Assembly (NCBI RefSeq): GCF_037042905.1
Contig: NC_087246.1
Span: 6,574,001-6,638,000, forward strand
DNA from: Lytechinus pictus
Lineage: Eukaryota
Direction of reading: 5' to 3'
DNA: 64,000 nt
The translations under genes were made by a program, and so were the position numbers. The notes below the pieces were generated by a model. That model was not told the DNA's origin. It saw only the letters and a program-made list of their open reading frames with translations, and made no database searches. Shown piece by piece: positions 52,206 to 63,467 of this stretch; position 1 is the stretch's first letter, and every line of letters starts with the position of its first letter.

Positions 52206-55200
52206 CTGGAAATAAGAATTAGAAGAAAATGAGTGAATGACTCAGCTGATCAAATGAAAATGTTGTTTCTCTTGTAATAAAAAGCATGACTGCGTTATTC
52301 TGAATCTCAATGATTTACGTAGGATTTTAAGGAGAATTCAAAGACGGTTACTATTCACAATGATATAGGACACCTAATTGGTATTTTGTTGAAAATAAAA
52401 GATTCAAAGAGAACGAGAAATGACAAATTGTTGTTTCTGTCGTTCACTCGAGTCTAGTAGGCTTATATGGAATTGACCTGTACTCTATCCCGGTCGTTTC
52501 TTTTTAATAGGGGCGTCGTAGTATAGTGGTTATGGCTCTAGTCTTTAAAGCTAAGGAACGTGGGTTCGATTCCTAGTCATGGCGTGTTTTCCTTCAGCAA
52601 GAAACTTACCCACAATGTGCTGGCACTCGCCCAATTGAGGTGAATGGGTACTTGGTAGGAAGAAATTCCTTGAATGTTTGAACACCATAGGTAGCCGAGC
52701 TACAGCCTGGGTAATAATAATAGCAGGGCCCGCTGGGAAAACAGTTTTCGGAACTGAAGTGAATACCCTGGGTATACCGTTATTATCATGGTCATCATTA
52801 TTTTAATGTATTTTTATGATTATGCTCCTATATGGAAAAAAATGAATATTTGTATATTGATTCTAAATAGCTTATTCATTTAAATTGAATCGTTTTTCTT
52901 ACCTGCTGACGATATCCTCAAGATCGTGAGGCCACATGTGTTTTGCTGCATCTATCCTAAACCCAGCCACACCCATCTCTAGCATGCCATTTAAATACTC
53001 AACGATGATATCACGCGTATGGTAGTCATTGTCAGGTCCAAAGTAGAGGTCATTCAGGCCCTCTAGGTCGCAATTACGGACGTTCTCAGCATGGTAGTAG
53101 TCCGAGACCCAGCCGTGATCTACGGGACATCGGCCAAGAGGTACATTGAAATCAGCTGTGCTGAAGGGGACATTCGGGAAGTTGTAGCGGTCACCTGTCA
53201 ATGGATGCAATATGCGAAGATAGTCATAATGTAGATATACTGAAGATAGAGCTAGAACTAACAAAGTTCCTAATCGATGAAAGAATCTATCCCAAAACGA
53301 AATGAGGTTTGCCCAGGAGGGGCGGCATTAATCGCAATCATGGAAATTTGATTTTGATCTGTTTGTCCTCTACAATATATAATGGAGAGATTCTTTTTTT
53401 TAATTCGTGAAGTCATTCAAGTGACATGGATCTCACTGTAATTGAAATAAACGTCATGCATCGTGCAATGGGTTTGATTGACTAAAGCTTATCTTTCATT
53501 CCCGAAAGATACTTTACATTGGGTTTGCCGACGAGTTCCAACGTACCTTCCGTGTGTTTTGCCATATGATTGATAACGGCATCGACGTAGATCCGCACAC
53601 CAACCGCGTTGCACCTCTCCACCATATCACGAAATTGATGTTCGGTACCACTGCGGCTGTTCAACCTGTAGCCCATCGGCTGGTACCGCTGCCACCATGG
53701 ACTATTGAATACATTGGTATCAATGTATTTGTGTTCATTTGGCGGTGATACCTGCACCCCGGCATAGCCATACGGCCCAAGGAACCTGTCAGGAAATATC
53801 GTTCCATGAAAAAACATGAAGAAACAAGAATAACAGTCGACCACCTTAATAAAGACTTCCCATTTGAGTTCTAACAGAAGAGGTAAGTGGTGACTGCTTC
53901 ACCCTTTGGGTCCTCTTGCCCTCTATAATTATATCCTGGTACTGCTCCCTAATTACCTACAGGCTGAAATTTTGCTTCTTGAATCATTTCATTATGCAAA
54001 ATATGTTGCATCGTCAGTGTTACAAACGGTGACGGTAAGTGTCCAGGGTAGTTACTCATCTTTACCAACGTGATTACAGACGATTGTTTACCTTCCCGCT
54101 GTAGCAGGCCCATATCATGGCCCAATCGGAAGTAAGGAAATAATTGAAGAATATATTACTGGTACTTGGCATTTTGAATTTACTATTCTACTCCATCTAC
54201 GGTAGATGAACATAACACAAATTACAAGTTCCTTATAAACTGATGAATCAAAATGGCCAAAATGGCCTTACATTTTTAGATAAACAATTGATCTGTTAGT
54301 TAATGGCACATTGTGAGCACAGGAAAAACGATAACTCGCTCTCAATGCAGTATTTAAAATGTTATTATGTGACCATTGAAAACATAGTATTGTAAAATAC
54401 AGCTGCCAGGTTATTTTGTTCCAGAGCTTTTCGTTAGGAAGTTACACAATTCTGATTTAAGGGAGGGGTGTAGTTTCTGTGTCTGAATAGGAAACGTGCG
54501 GAAATAACGTTTTCGTGTTCGTAGAGATGGAGAAAAACTTATAAATGTCTTATAGCCGTTTACCTTTCACATTCGTCTGCTATATCGACCCAGGTCCATT
54601 CAAAGAGATGAACGATGACGGTCCTATCTTTCTCAAAGTTCTGTTCGTCTGTCAACTCATTGCCTCCCTTCAGCATATCGAGTATTGTATTTAGAGCCCG
54701 GATACTGTGATTATGGACAACTGCGAGGAATATAAAAAAAGATGCTATGAGTCAGTTGACAGCGTTTGCCAATATTTTCCATCCAGGAACCGTTTCAATA
54801 AAGTTGTCAGCACTAGCAAGTTGTCTTTCTCCGACAGTTATCATCTTAACAGTGAGAGACCAGTGCCTCTCAGCCAATCAAAACCAAGGATTTCACTGAA
54901 TGCTCGGGGGGCCACTTACATTGACGAGTGGATACCATGCGCGACCAAAAAACACGTAAAAGGGATGTCTTTATCAAGATAGGGCACGTTACGTACGTAA
55001 CGTAATAAGGGTGTAAAAAACACTAAAATAATGAAAAAAGGGTATCTATTTCGCTAGGAAAACTACGTGTTTAGGGTCAAATTTGCGAGGGTATAAAAAA
55101 TCAAGACTAAAATGTTTTATAAGGGATGTAATTTTTGCCCCAGTCAACACTACGTGTTTAGAGTACGATTTGCGCGAGTTGGGCTATACTAAATCCAAAG

Positions 55201-58200
55201 ATGTAGGTAAAGATAAAACCGACGACCGACGTCCGTGACATAGCATTGAAATATCGCTGTACTTGTTTAGGGGTTCAATTCAGGGAATATACTTGCCAAT
55301 AGTATCGTTTTTGTTTCCAATATTTGTTAAGGGTAGGGTTTCACACGCCAATACTTGTTAACGTGTGCATTTTCAGAATATGGAAAATACGTGCTTCGGG
55401 TGCTTTTTGAGATCTCATGGTCGCGCATGGTATCCACTCGTGAATGGAAGTGCCCCCCCCCCCCCCCCGGGACTGAATGTCAGCGCTGACAACTTTCATG
55501 AAACACCCCCTGATTACCATTGATATGTGAAAGGGTGGTAATACACATTCGTTGAAAGTGGACTTGAACCAGCGTCGCGACGCGTGGAGGCAGCTCCACT
55601 TAAATGTATCGCCTCTTTTTTTTTCTTTTTTTTTATTGCCGGACAGACGCCGCCTCGGACTTAGTCTACATTTGGATGTGCTTTGAAAGCATGCACAGTG
55701 ACGCCGGTTTCAGACCTGTAATTGGTATATGTGTCACCCCAAGCGGACTCACGCCAACTTGACCACTGAAATAGTAGAAATAGCGAATAAGCTAACAAAC
55801 AATGTAAATGTTGACATAAAAAGTTAGGAGCATCGTGTCATGTGAAGAGGTCATGTGAAGGCAGGGCCGTAGCCAGAGGCATTTTGTTGGGGGGGTGTAC
55901 CAGCTAAATTTGCCAACTAAATTTGGCGTGACAGCGCCAACGTGAGCACAGGGGGAGCCTGATGGGGGATGTGCCCCCCTACAATAATCACATGCTAAAT
56001 ATTTTGAATTTTTAGAATTGAATTAGTGGCATTTGGTGAATACTTTAAGGTAAATTATACAGAGATATACAAAGATATTTGCACTGTAAAAATATACATT
56101 TTGGATCAAAATATAAAGGCTAGTGTGCAGTAGTTGCTAACTTGCAGTATAATGATATACCCTATGCATTAATAATATAAAAATCACATATTTGTTAATT
56201 TTTATCTGTGCAAGATGTCTCAACTAAAATTTCAAGAGTGCTACTGCTAAAAGTGGCGTATCGTGGGTCACAGCATGGGGGGGGGAGGGCACCAGCAAAA
56301 ATTTTGAGTCATTAATTGCCAGGTATACTGACCCAGTAGAGACATTTTAAGGACTGTGCCATTAAACGGATATGTATCTTAGTGATCAAATAATGCGAGC
56401 GCGAAGCGCGAGCATAAAATGTTTGATATTCAGTCCTAAAAAGGGACATTATAAGCAAAGTTTTGTAATCATGATACGTACCTGTCTCACAAAACAAACA
56501 ATGCGAGCGCAAAGCGCGAGCTGAAATTTTGTGTATAACTTGACCCTAAAAAGGGACATTTTAAGGACTATCTTTTGGAATTCATGAAGTGCGTACATAT
56601 CTCATCATAGTCATCTAATGCGATCGCCAAGCTAGCGCTTGCTGATTTTGTAAGAATTACACCTAAGCACATGAAGCACTTTTTGTGGTCATTGTAATCA
56701 TGAACATGATACGTATTTCACTAATGAAATATTGCGCGAGCTGACAATTTTTTAAATTCAGACCTGAAGAGGGGCATTCTATGGCTTGTTTGTAGGAATT
56801 TACTATTTCACTAATCAAGTGATGCGAGCGCGAAGCGCGAGCTGAAAATTTGTTATAATTAGATCAGAAAAAGGGACATTTTAAGGACTGTCTTTAGGAA
56901 TTCGTGCACTGCAAAAACGCCGGTGTCGATTTAACACCAGCCCGGTATCTATATCGGTCCACACCGATGCGAACGTAAGGACAGACTGGAAATGTTTTAT
57001 ATTAAGGCCTTAAAAGGGGGGCAATCACTTTAAGTATATAGTCATGAAAAAAGCATATGTCACTACATAAAACAATAATAACTTGAAGTGCGAGGAGATA
57101 ATTTGGTGCATAATCTTTATGGACTTAATAAATACAACATGACTATATATCTCATTAGTCAGACAATGCGAGCACCAGGAATGATGAACACATAGGATCT
57201 ATATAGGTCCTAAGCAAATTATATTTTATTAAGTTATGGAAAAAACATTTCTTATGTCATATGATATATAACATAATATAACATACAATAATATAAAATA
57301 ATATAACATACAATAATTTCTTCTTCCCCATTAAGTTTCTCTTTTTTTCTCCTGTTCCCCCGTTTTTTTTTTTTTGGGGGGGGGGGCAGCCGATAGGGGG
57401 GGCACGTGCCCCCCATGAAACGGGCCAGTACTTGTACATCACTTTGCTGACTGGTAGAGCGTATAGTGTTCTGCCACTTTAATAGGCCAACTTTATAATT
57501 TGCCAACTATACTTTGGCTTTGATTATTCAACTTAAACCTTGGAAATTCATCCCACCCCATATTTATTTACCTAGTCTTGCCTCTAATTTTACAAAACTA
57601 ATGCGTTTGTTAAATCGTCAATAATTGTGGTATAATTTGCAAACTCACAAGCTTGTTTATATTGGGGGAGGACCGGGGGCTTACTTTGTGTGTTATTATA
57701 GCTCCATCTGTTTTGTCCTTTGTATTTTGCTGACTAGTAGGGCTCTAAGCCTGGCTACATGGACTTGGATTTGCCAACTGGTTGTCTTTACTCTATAAGT
57801 CGTAACCTTCTTCGAAGTTAGTACCCCTATTTTTCTTTCCTTTTTCTTTCTTTCTTTCTTTCTCTCCTTCTTTCTTTTTTCTTTTCCTTTCTTTTTCTCC
57901 CCTATCCTCCATTTTGCCAACTGGTACATGATTTTGCCGACTGCCATGAATGTTGGGGGGGTGTCACACCCCCCCCCCCCATACCCCCCCCCCCCCCCCC
58001 CCCCTCTAGCTACGGCCCTGGGCGTCTTATGTTAATAGGTCCATGTGTGTATCAAGGATAATGAGCGCGAGGCGGCCTCAATCCACTTTCGGCGTATGTG
58101 TATCACAACCCAAATTACAGGCGTGAAAGCGACTTCAAAGCCGGCGTCGGAGGCGGCCTCAATCCCGTTGCACGTGTATTAGGGGCCTAAGATGGTGACC

Positions 58201-58777
58201 TCCCCCCCCCCCCCCCTGCCTCACCACCTCCATTTTCCCAGATGCCGAACATCAGAACTAGGGGGGAATCCTACGCGAGAGCAAAAATATCATAGGATTT
58301 TATCATTTTATGCATTGTAACAAGAGATTTCAAACTCAAATTCCTTATACATAATGAGTGTGTAGTTTGACGTCTGCAGATAAATAAGAGATGTCTTAAA
58401 TGGTCTGAAATGCAAAAATCTTCTTCATCTTCTCTTATCACCAATCCCATTCATTTTCCAAAATCATAATTAATATTAAATATGTGTTGATTCAATTGCT
58501 AGATTATAATGTGCAATGTTGTTAACTTGTAATCTAACTATTACAAATTTATGACCTTACCATGGTACATATCGGATGCTATTCTAGGCAAAGCGTCAAA
58601 TATATTCCCCGTTGTGGGCATTGCTGTTGCTGCTCCTTTCTCTTTATCCTCTGAGATTGACGTTTCGTGCAAATCACCTGAATAGATGGCCGCAGCGAAA
58701 AGTAAGATCAAGATCATGTGATTATATCCGATTCTGGATAAGAATCCCTCGCCATCTTTGCCTCGACATCCACCCAT
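51374..58777 (-). CDS. Amy: Alpha-amylase (GH13, animal chloride-dependent type), spliced model: join(58777..58561, 54720..54564, 53785..53547, 53194..52903, 52205..51374), 578 aa
   Basis: Manual splicing gives 217+157+239+292+832=1737 nt, an open frame ending in TAA. Intron phases are 1,2,1,2, all GT-AG. Motifs: [40 protein letters not shown] (nucleophile D), YQEVID (acid/base E), [30 protein letters not shown]. Confidence 0.93.
52510..52790 (+). mobile_element. SINE in amylase intron 4, same head and core family but with a different 3' tail
   Basis: GGTTCGATTCC B box. CATGGCGTGTTTTCCTTCAGCAAGAAAC...GAGGTGAATGGGTAC core. Tail TAGCAGGGCCCGCTGGGAAAACAG...ACCCTGG. Confidence 0.82.
52903..53194 (-). 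CDS. Amy: Alpha-amylase exon 4 (domain B and catalytic nucleophile)
   Basis: Acceptor tgacag|GTGAC and donor CAG|gtaaga. Encodes [12 protein letters not shown]...[12 protein letters not shown]...[15 protein letters not shown]. Confidence 0.95.
53547..53785 (-). CDS. Amy: Alpha-amylase exon 3
   Basis: Acceptor gacag|GTTCC and donor GAAG|gtacgt. Encodes [18 protein letters not shown]...WWQRYQP...[18 protein letters not shown]. Confidence 0.95.
54564..54720 (-). CDS. Amy: Alpha-amylase exon 2 (end of N-terminal extension and start of catalytic domain); absent from the ORF track
   Basis: Acceptor ttttttatattcctcgcag|TT and donor GAAAG|gtaaac. Encodes [51 protein letters not shown](R). Confidence 0.9.
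54784..55512. mobile_element. Older small MITE interrupted by the 54903-55471 element
   Basis: CAGGAACCGTTTCAATAAAGTTGTCAGC / GCTGACAACTTTCATGAAACACCCCCTG imperfect TIRs. Confidence 0.65.
54903..55471. mobile_element. MITE with C(C)CGGGGGG termini and 8-bp TSD, inserted in an older MITE (54784-55512)
   Basis: ~43-bp TIR containing ACGAGTGGATACCATGCGCGACCA / TGGTCGCGCATGGTATCCACTCGT. TSD ACTGAATG at 54895-54902 and 55472-55479. Confidence 0.9.
55533..58111. mobile_element. Older TIR element interrupted by the 55862-58020 element
   Basis: GGGTGGTAATACACATTCGTTGAAAGTGGA mirrored imperfectly by TCCACTTTCGGCGTATGTGTATCACAACCC. Confidence 0.6.
55862..58020. mobile_element. hAT-like non-autonomous element in amylase intron 1, with a further nested MITE at ~56251-57430
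   Basis: TIR CAGGGCCGTAGCCAGAGG / CCTCTAGCTACGGCCCTG (17/18). No TSD seen. The inner block carries GCGAGCGCGAAGCGCGAGC units. Confidence 0.8.
58561..58777 (-). CDS. Amy: Probable first coding exon of the alpha-amylase (N-terminal tail, hydrophobic segment, stem)
   Basis: Start context acaaaaATGG. Encodes [40 protein letters not shown]...SDMYH. The donor CATG|gtaagg is phase 1, matching the phase-1 acceptor of exon 2. Confidence 0.72.
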
Positions 58778-59224
58778 TTTTGTGTTATGTTGGCTCCTTT
58801 TGTTCGACGATCAAAATTGCTGATGAATCCGGAGGATGTCCTTGACAGGTTGACTCTAGCTTTCGATGATTCTTTTGAGAGAATTAGTTTTAAAAGTGAT
58901 GCCACAGTTAGATCGTTTCCCGTCATGTCGTTTAATGTTTTGGTCGAAATCCTAAACGAGGTATTTATCTAACGAATAACTTTAATTTCATGTTTGCGGA
59001 AAGGTTCGAAATATTTTTCTCATCAATCGTATTCAGTATTATTGCCATGGGTACTAAACTTGATATTCTGTACTGGAAAGGTCATTTAACCGATGCAAAG
59101 AAGGTTCCAACTGCTATTATGATTGCAACTAAAATAATGTGGATGCTCTATCTGATATCATCTTATGATTACATAGGAAGTGAACCTGGTTGATCAAAAA
59201 ACAAGAAAAAAATGCATATAGCAT

Positions 59225-59367
59225 TTCCATTTATTTGAATGCAGGATAAAATAGCACTGCTGATTAAATGCCTTGCTCACGGGCATATGTGCCGTGGCCT
59301 GGGATCGAACCCTAGACTGTCAAATGTCTATAGTCAGGCGCCTTAGGCCACTCGGCCACGGCACCTC
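59225..59367 (-). mobile_element. tRNA-derived SINE fragment upstream of the amylase gene
   Basis: Minus strand: TGGCCGAGTGG (A box) ... GGTTCGATCCC (B box), then GCCCGTGAGCAAGGCATTTAATC core-like sequence. Confidence 0.7.
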
Positions 59368-61852
59368 GGCGTTGGTTTTTATTATGAATCGATACGTAGG
59401 TATGTACAATTTGCGTCAAGGTGAAACAATAAATTTTGATGTAAAATATTTACATTAAATTTATTTTTATTAAAATAATGCAGAGCTTGAAGCTTTTGTT
59501 TTTCAAAGTAACTTGTAATTTCAGATTGGGCTGGGTATGATTGAATGTCGCATAAACTGTTGACGAGCTCGGTCTCTCGTAAGTATTGGCATACGAAGAG
59601 ACTTAGGAAAATATCAGTTTGAAAGGGTAACAACGGAATCGAAAGGAATTAATAAGATTGGCTTATGCAATGGTTATCAACTGAAATCACACAACGGGGG
59701 AAAAAATGGAAGTTCAGAGCAATCGAATTTATACTTCTTATATACTAACCTTCAATGACACGATGCACACCTATCCCAGTCTCGACAAAGTTCGGAAGAA
59801 TCACCAAGTTCTTTTATCATCCAACGAAAGAGGCAGATAATAGTCATCTCGTCAAAACTAAACTCATCAAATGCCATCTATCATCCATGAAATATTCTTA
59901 TATCCGAATTTCGAGTTCACGTTCTGTCTTGCAACTCTTGCACCATAGGAGAAATAATCTGAATTAGCCCAGCAAACTTCGACCAATCATAGACGAGCTG
60001 ATTACACGTGGTGGTTTTATCCTTCACTTGTTGACAAAAAAAATAATGTTTCATTCTCGTGCTGAGAGTCGCAAATACTGTGCTATTTTTATCTCGAGTT
60101 GAATTGTGTATGGTTCTGTGCCTCAAATCACAACACTTAAAAGAAAATCTAAGTAAAACATTTGAAACACGAAATGTTGAAGGTAGGAAATGATATGTCA
60201 TACGGCTCTCGTTCAATTTCTGTTACTGTCTACCAATTCAAAACTCACAAAGTTCATATTTCAAATGGATTTTTTTTCTTCAAGAAAGAACAATTATTAA
60301 TTGCTCACTTTATCGCATTTATTTCAACAATTAGGTAATAGCTTGTGTCAATGTCAATAACGTTGTGGTTGTGGGTTTATTTTTCTTATCTTCTTCATAT
60401 TCGTCCCTTTGCTCAAAGAAAGGGGTGTCAATGTTAAGCCCTTGTATGCAAATAGAGTTCGCAACGACCGAAAACTGAGCCTGTATCAAGTCAATATCAT
60501 CTCAGAGATAACAATGACCAATTTTGATTGAGAGTTGATGATAAGATTTTGTTTGATGTTGGCATACACTCGACTATATTTAGAATTCGCATAAATTTGA
60601 TATAGTGCAGGTAAAGTAACTTCAACAGATGTCACATTGTAGCTAATGTCAAATTCAGTGAAGGCAACAAAGGATTTTGAAAATCAGTATGATACTAATT
60701 TGGAGATCCATCTTGCAAAAGATTTATTACGGTTTAATCAGTGAATTAATAAAAAAAATAAAAGGATTCTTTCTTTTTTCTTAAAACAAGATGCATTGGA
60801 GCCAAGAATTCAACGGGACGGGAGATGTGAGAAAGCAAAGTAACTAATCGGGAGAAGTGCAGAAGGTGTAGCCACCTTCAAAGGTAGGGAAAATTTGTCC
60901 ATAAGAATTAAAATTTCTGCACTCTAAAATCAAAGCTAGGGTAAAGAGACTACACTAAAAAAAACTCGAAGGAGGTATAAAATAAAATGCAAGGTATCAT
61001 AGACGGATCCAGGGGCGCAGGCCACCCTATTGCCGCAGCAAAAAAAAAGGGGGGAAGGGGAAAAAAAGGGAAGGGAAAAGAGAGGAGAAAAAAAGAAGAG
61101 AAAACATATGAGGAGAGAAAAGGGTGAACAAAAATAAGATGAGGGGAAGTCTTGGGGGGAAAATGCATGTCACTATAAACAGTTTTTGCTCGCGCTTCGC
61201 GCTCGCATCGCCTTTTCGGTGATTTACATATCTTGCTCAATATGGAGCTTAAAATATCAAGTTTTGGATTCAATATATAAAACATATTTCAGCTCAGAAA
61301 TCGAACTTTCATTATTTTGTTTGATTTACAAATTGATTTTTTTAAGTGCTTGGTAAAATGTCAGTTTTATGGTCTGAATATTAACATTTTCTGCTCGTGC
61401 TGCGCGCTCGGAAAATTTGATTTGTCAGGTACCTATTATTTTCGTGTATTTCATAAGGTTTTCAAAATATCCCCATTCAGGTCTGATTGTCAAAAAGTGT
61501 CAGCTAGCGCTGCACGCTCGCATTTTGATTGGTGAGTTGAGTATATTTCAATATTAATTCTTTAACAAACTTAAAATCCCCATTTCATGACATTTTATAA
61601 AAATTTCGGCTCGAGATTTGCACTTGCATTAATTGTTAAAAAGTGCTAAAAATGTCCAGTTCCCAGGCCATAATATATAGAGATTTCGCGCTCTCATACA
61701 CTGTTAAAAAACCTGATTTTACAGAAAAAGAAGATTTTGCAGAAAGCAATAACATAATCATTCTGTAAATTCATAAAACAGAAATTTTTCTGCAATTCAA
61801 CAGAACGGGTCTGGTTAAAAAGGGGAAAAGGGTGTTTTATTTAAGGAATTTT

Positions 61853-63467
61853 ATTTATGTATTTATTTATTCATGTTTTCTTTATAAAAAGCAGGTTAGT
61901 CCCATTCAAGCCAGAGGCCTGCTTTACAAGGGAGCCCTGCTATCAATCACAATTTGAACATTATACAATAACAATTATAACATATATGAATAAAATACAC
62001 AATACAAAAATAATATATATACATAATAAACAAATAACAATGAGGGGAGGGGGGTAAGGCCTATACATACTATGACAAAAACAGTACAAAAATTAATCAG
62101 CTTGCTTGGAATTTACGGACGTTTCGTTTGAAAATATGAAGTGAAACAGAGCACTTAATGGGTACTGGTAACGAGTTAAATAGTTTTGCTGCTATATAGG
62201 AGAATTACTGTTTTTTATACTCGGTTCTTGGTTTTGCGAGATACAATTGTTGAGATGAGATCGATCTAGTAGGATAGTGATTAGGTCTCAAAGGCATTGT
62301 TTGCATTAAATAACCAGGAGCAAGACCGTTAAAAGTTTTATACATAAGTATTTGGTAATTATAATCCACTCTTTTCTTAACAGATTGTAACTTCAGAGAG
62401 TTCTGGACTGGGGTATAGTAGTCTGCATCTAATACCAAACGGCAATATTTTTTTTTACACTTCTGAAGTCGCTGCAAATCTTTCACCTTTAATGATCCCC
62501 AAACAGTTGAACAGTAGTCAATATGAGGAAGGATTAAAGAAAAATACAAATGGGCGAGTACGTCTTTTGTCAGACAGTGCCTAATTCTCCGCATGCATAT
62601 TATAGAATTCATGATCTTTTTAATGACGGAATTGATGTGAAAATACCAGTCCAGAATATGACTAAAGGTGACACCCAGATATTTAAACTTAGTTACATCT
62701 TCTATGGATTGACCATTCATGCATATCTGCATCTTGACTGGGTGTACCTTCCTCCGACTTGAAAATAACATAACTTTTGTTTTATCTGTATTAACAACTA
62801 AACCATTTTCTTTTAACCATTTACTTAAAACATAAACATCACTTTGCAAATGTGTTTGAACAGCTTTAACTCCATATCCAGAAGAGAATATTGCAGTATC
62901 ATCTGCATACAGAGAAATATTAGTATTAGAATGCATAGTTAAATTATTAATGTCATTAATGAACATACAAAACAGTAGAGGGCCCAAAATTGAACCTTGC
63001 GGTACCCCTGAATGAACAGGCAGAAAATCGCTAGTAGTACCCTTATATGACACACATTGCTTTCTTATAATTAAGTATGATTCAAACCATGTTGACTCTA
63101 TATTTCTTATGCCAAAATAATATAATTTCTTGATAAGGATATCGTGAGGGATAATATCAAAGGCTTTTCTGAAGTCCAAAAACAGAGCACCTATTATTCG
63201 GCCTTTGTCAAGGTTATCGTATAACATCTGTTAGGCACGTCGAGGTGGAATGTTTACTTCTAAAACCTGACTGCCGATGAGACATCAATTCTTCGTGGTG
63301 AAGATATTCCATTAATTGAGAGTGAACCGCTCTTTCTAAAATTTTGGAAACGATCGAGAGAAGTGAGATAGGGCGAAAATGGTTGAGTTCGTTAGCAGTC
63401 TTTGTTTTAGGAATAGGGACTACTTTAGCCAGCTTAAAATCATTGGGAATTTGTCCAGATTGTATGT
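61853..63467 (-). mobile_element. 5'-truncated non-LTR retrotransposon, CR1/L2 group (Crack/Daphne/L2-like), inactivated
   Basis: RT motifs FRPISLLSIVSKILE, QSGFR, LDFRKAFD, GVPQGSILGPLLF, YADDT, KYLGV. 3' UTR ends in an AAAT-type tail. Candidate TSD AATTTT at 61847-61852 and 63468-63473. Confidence 0.92.
62097..63467 (-). pseudogene. Disrupted LINE ORF2 reverse transcriptase
   Basis: Frameshift near 63227 joins ORFs 63214..63519 and 62205..63227. After the premature TAA at 62205-62207 the frame continues FSYIAAKLFNSLPVPIKCSVSLHIFK...* (typical CR1/L2 C-terminus) to 62097. Confidence 0.9.

Noticed and set aside
57955..58005. Long poly-C/poly-G tracts as functional G-quadruplexes
   Set aside because: They are subterminal homopolymers of MITEs, seen repeatedly in this window, and their lengths are error-prone in assemblies.
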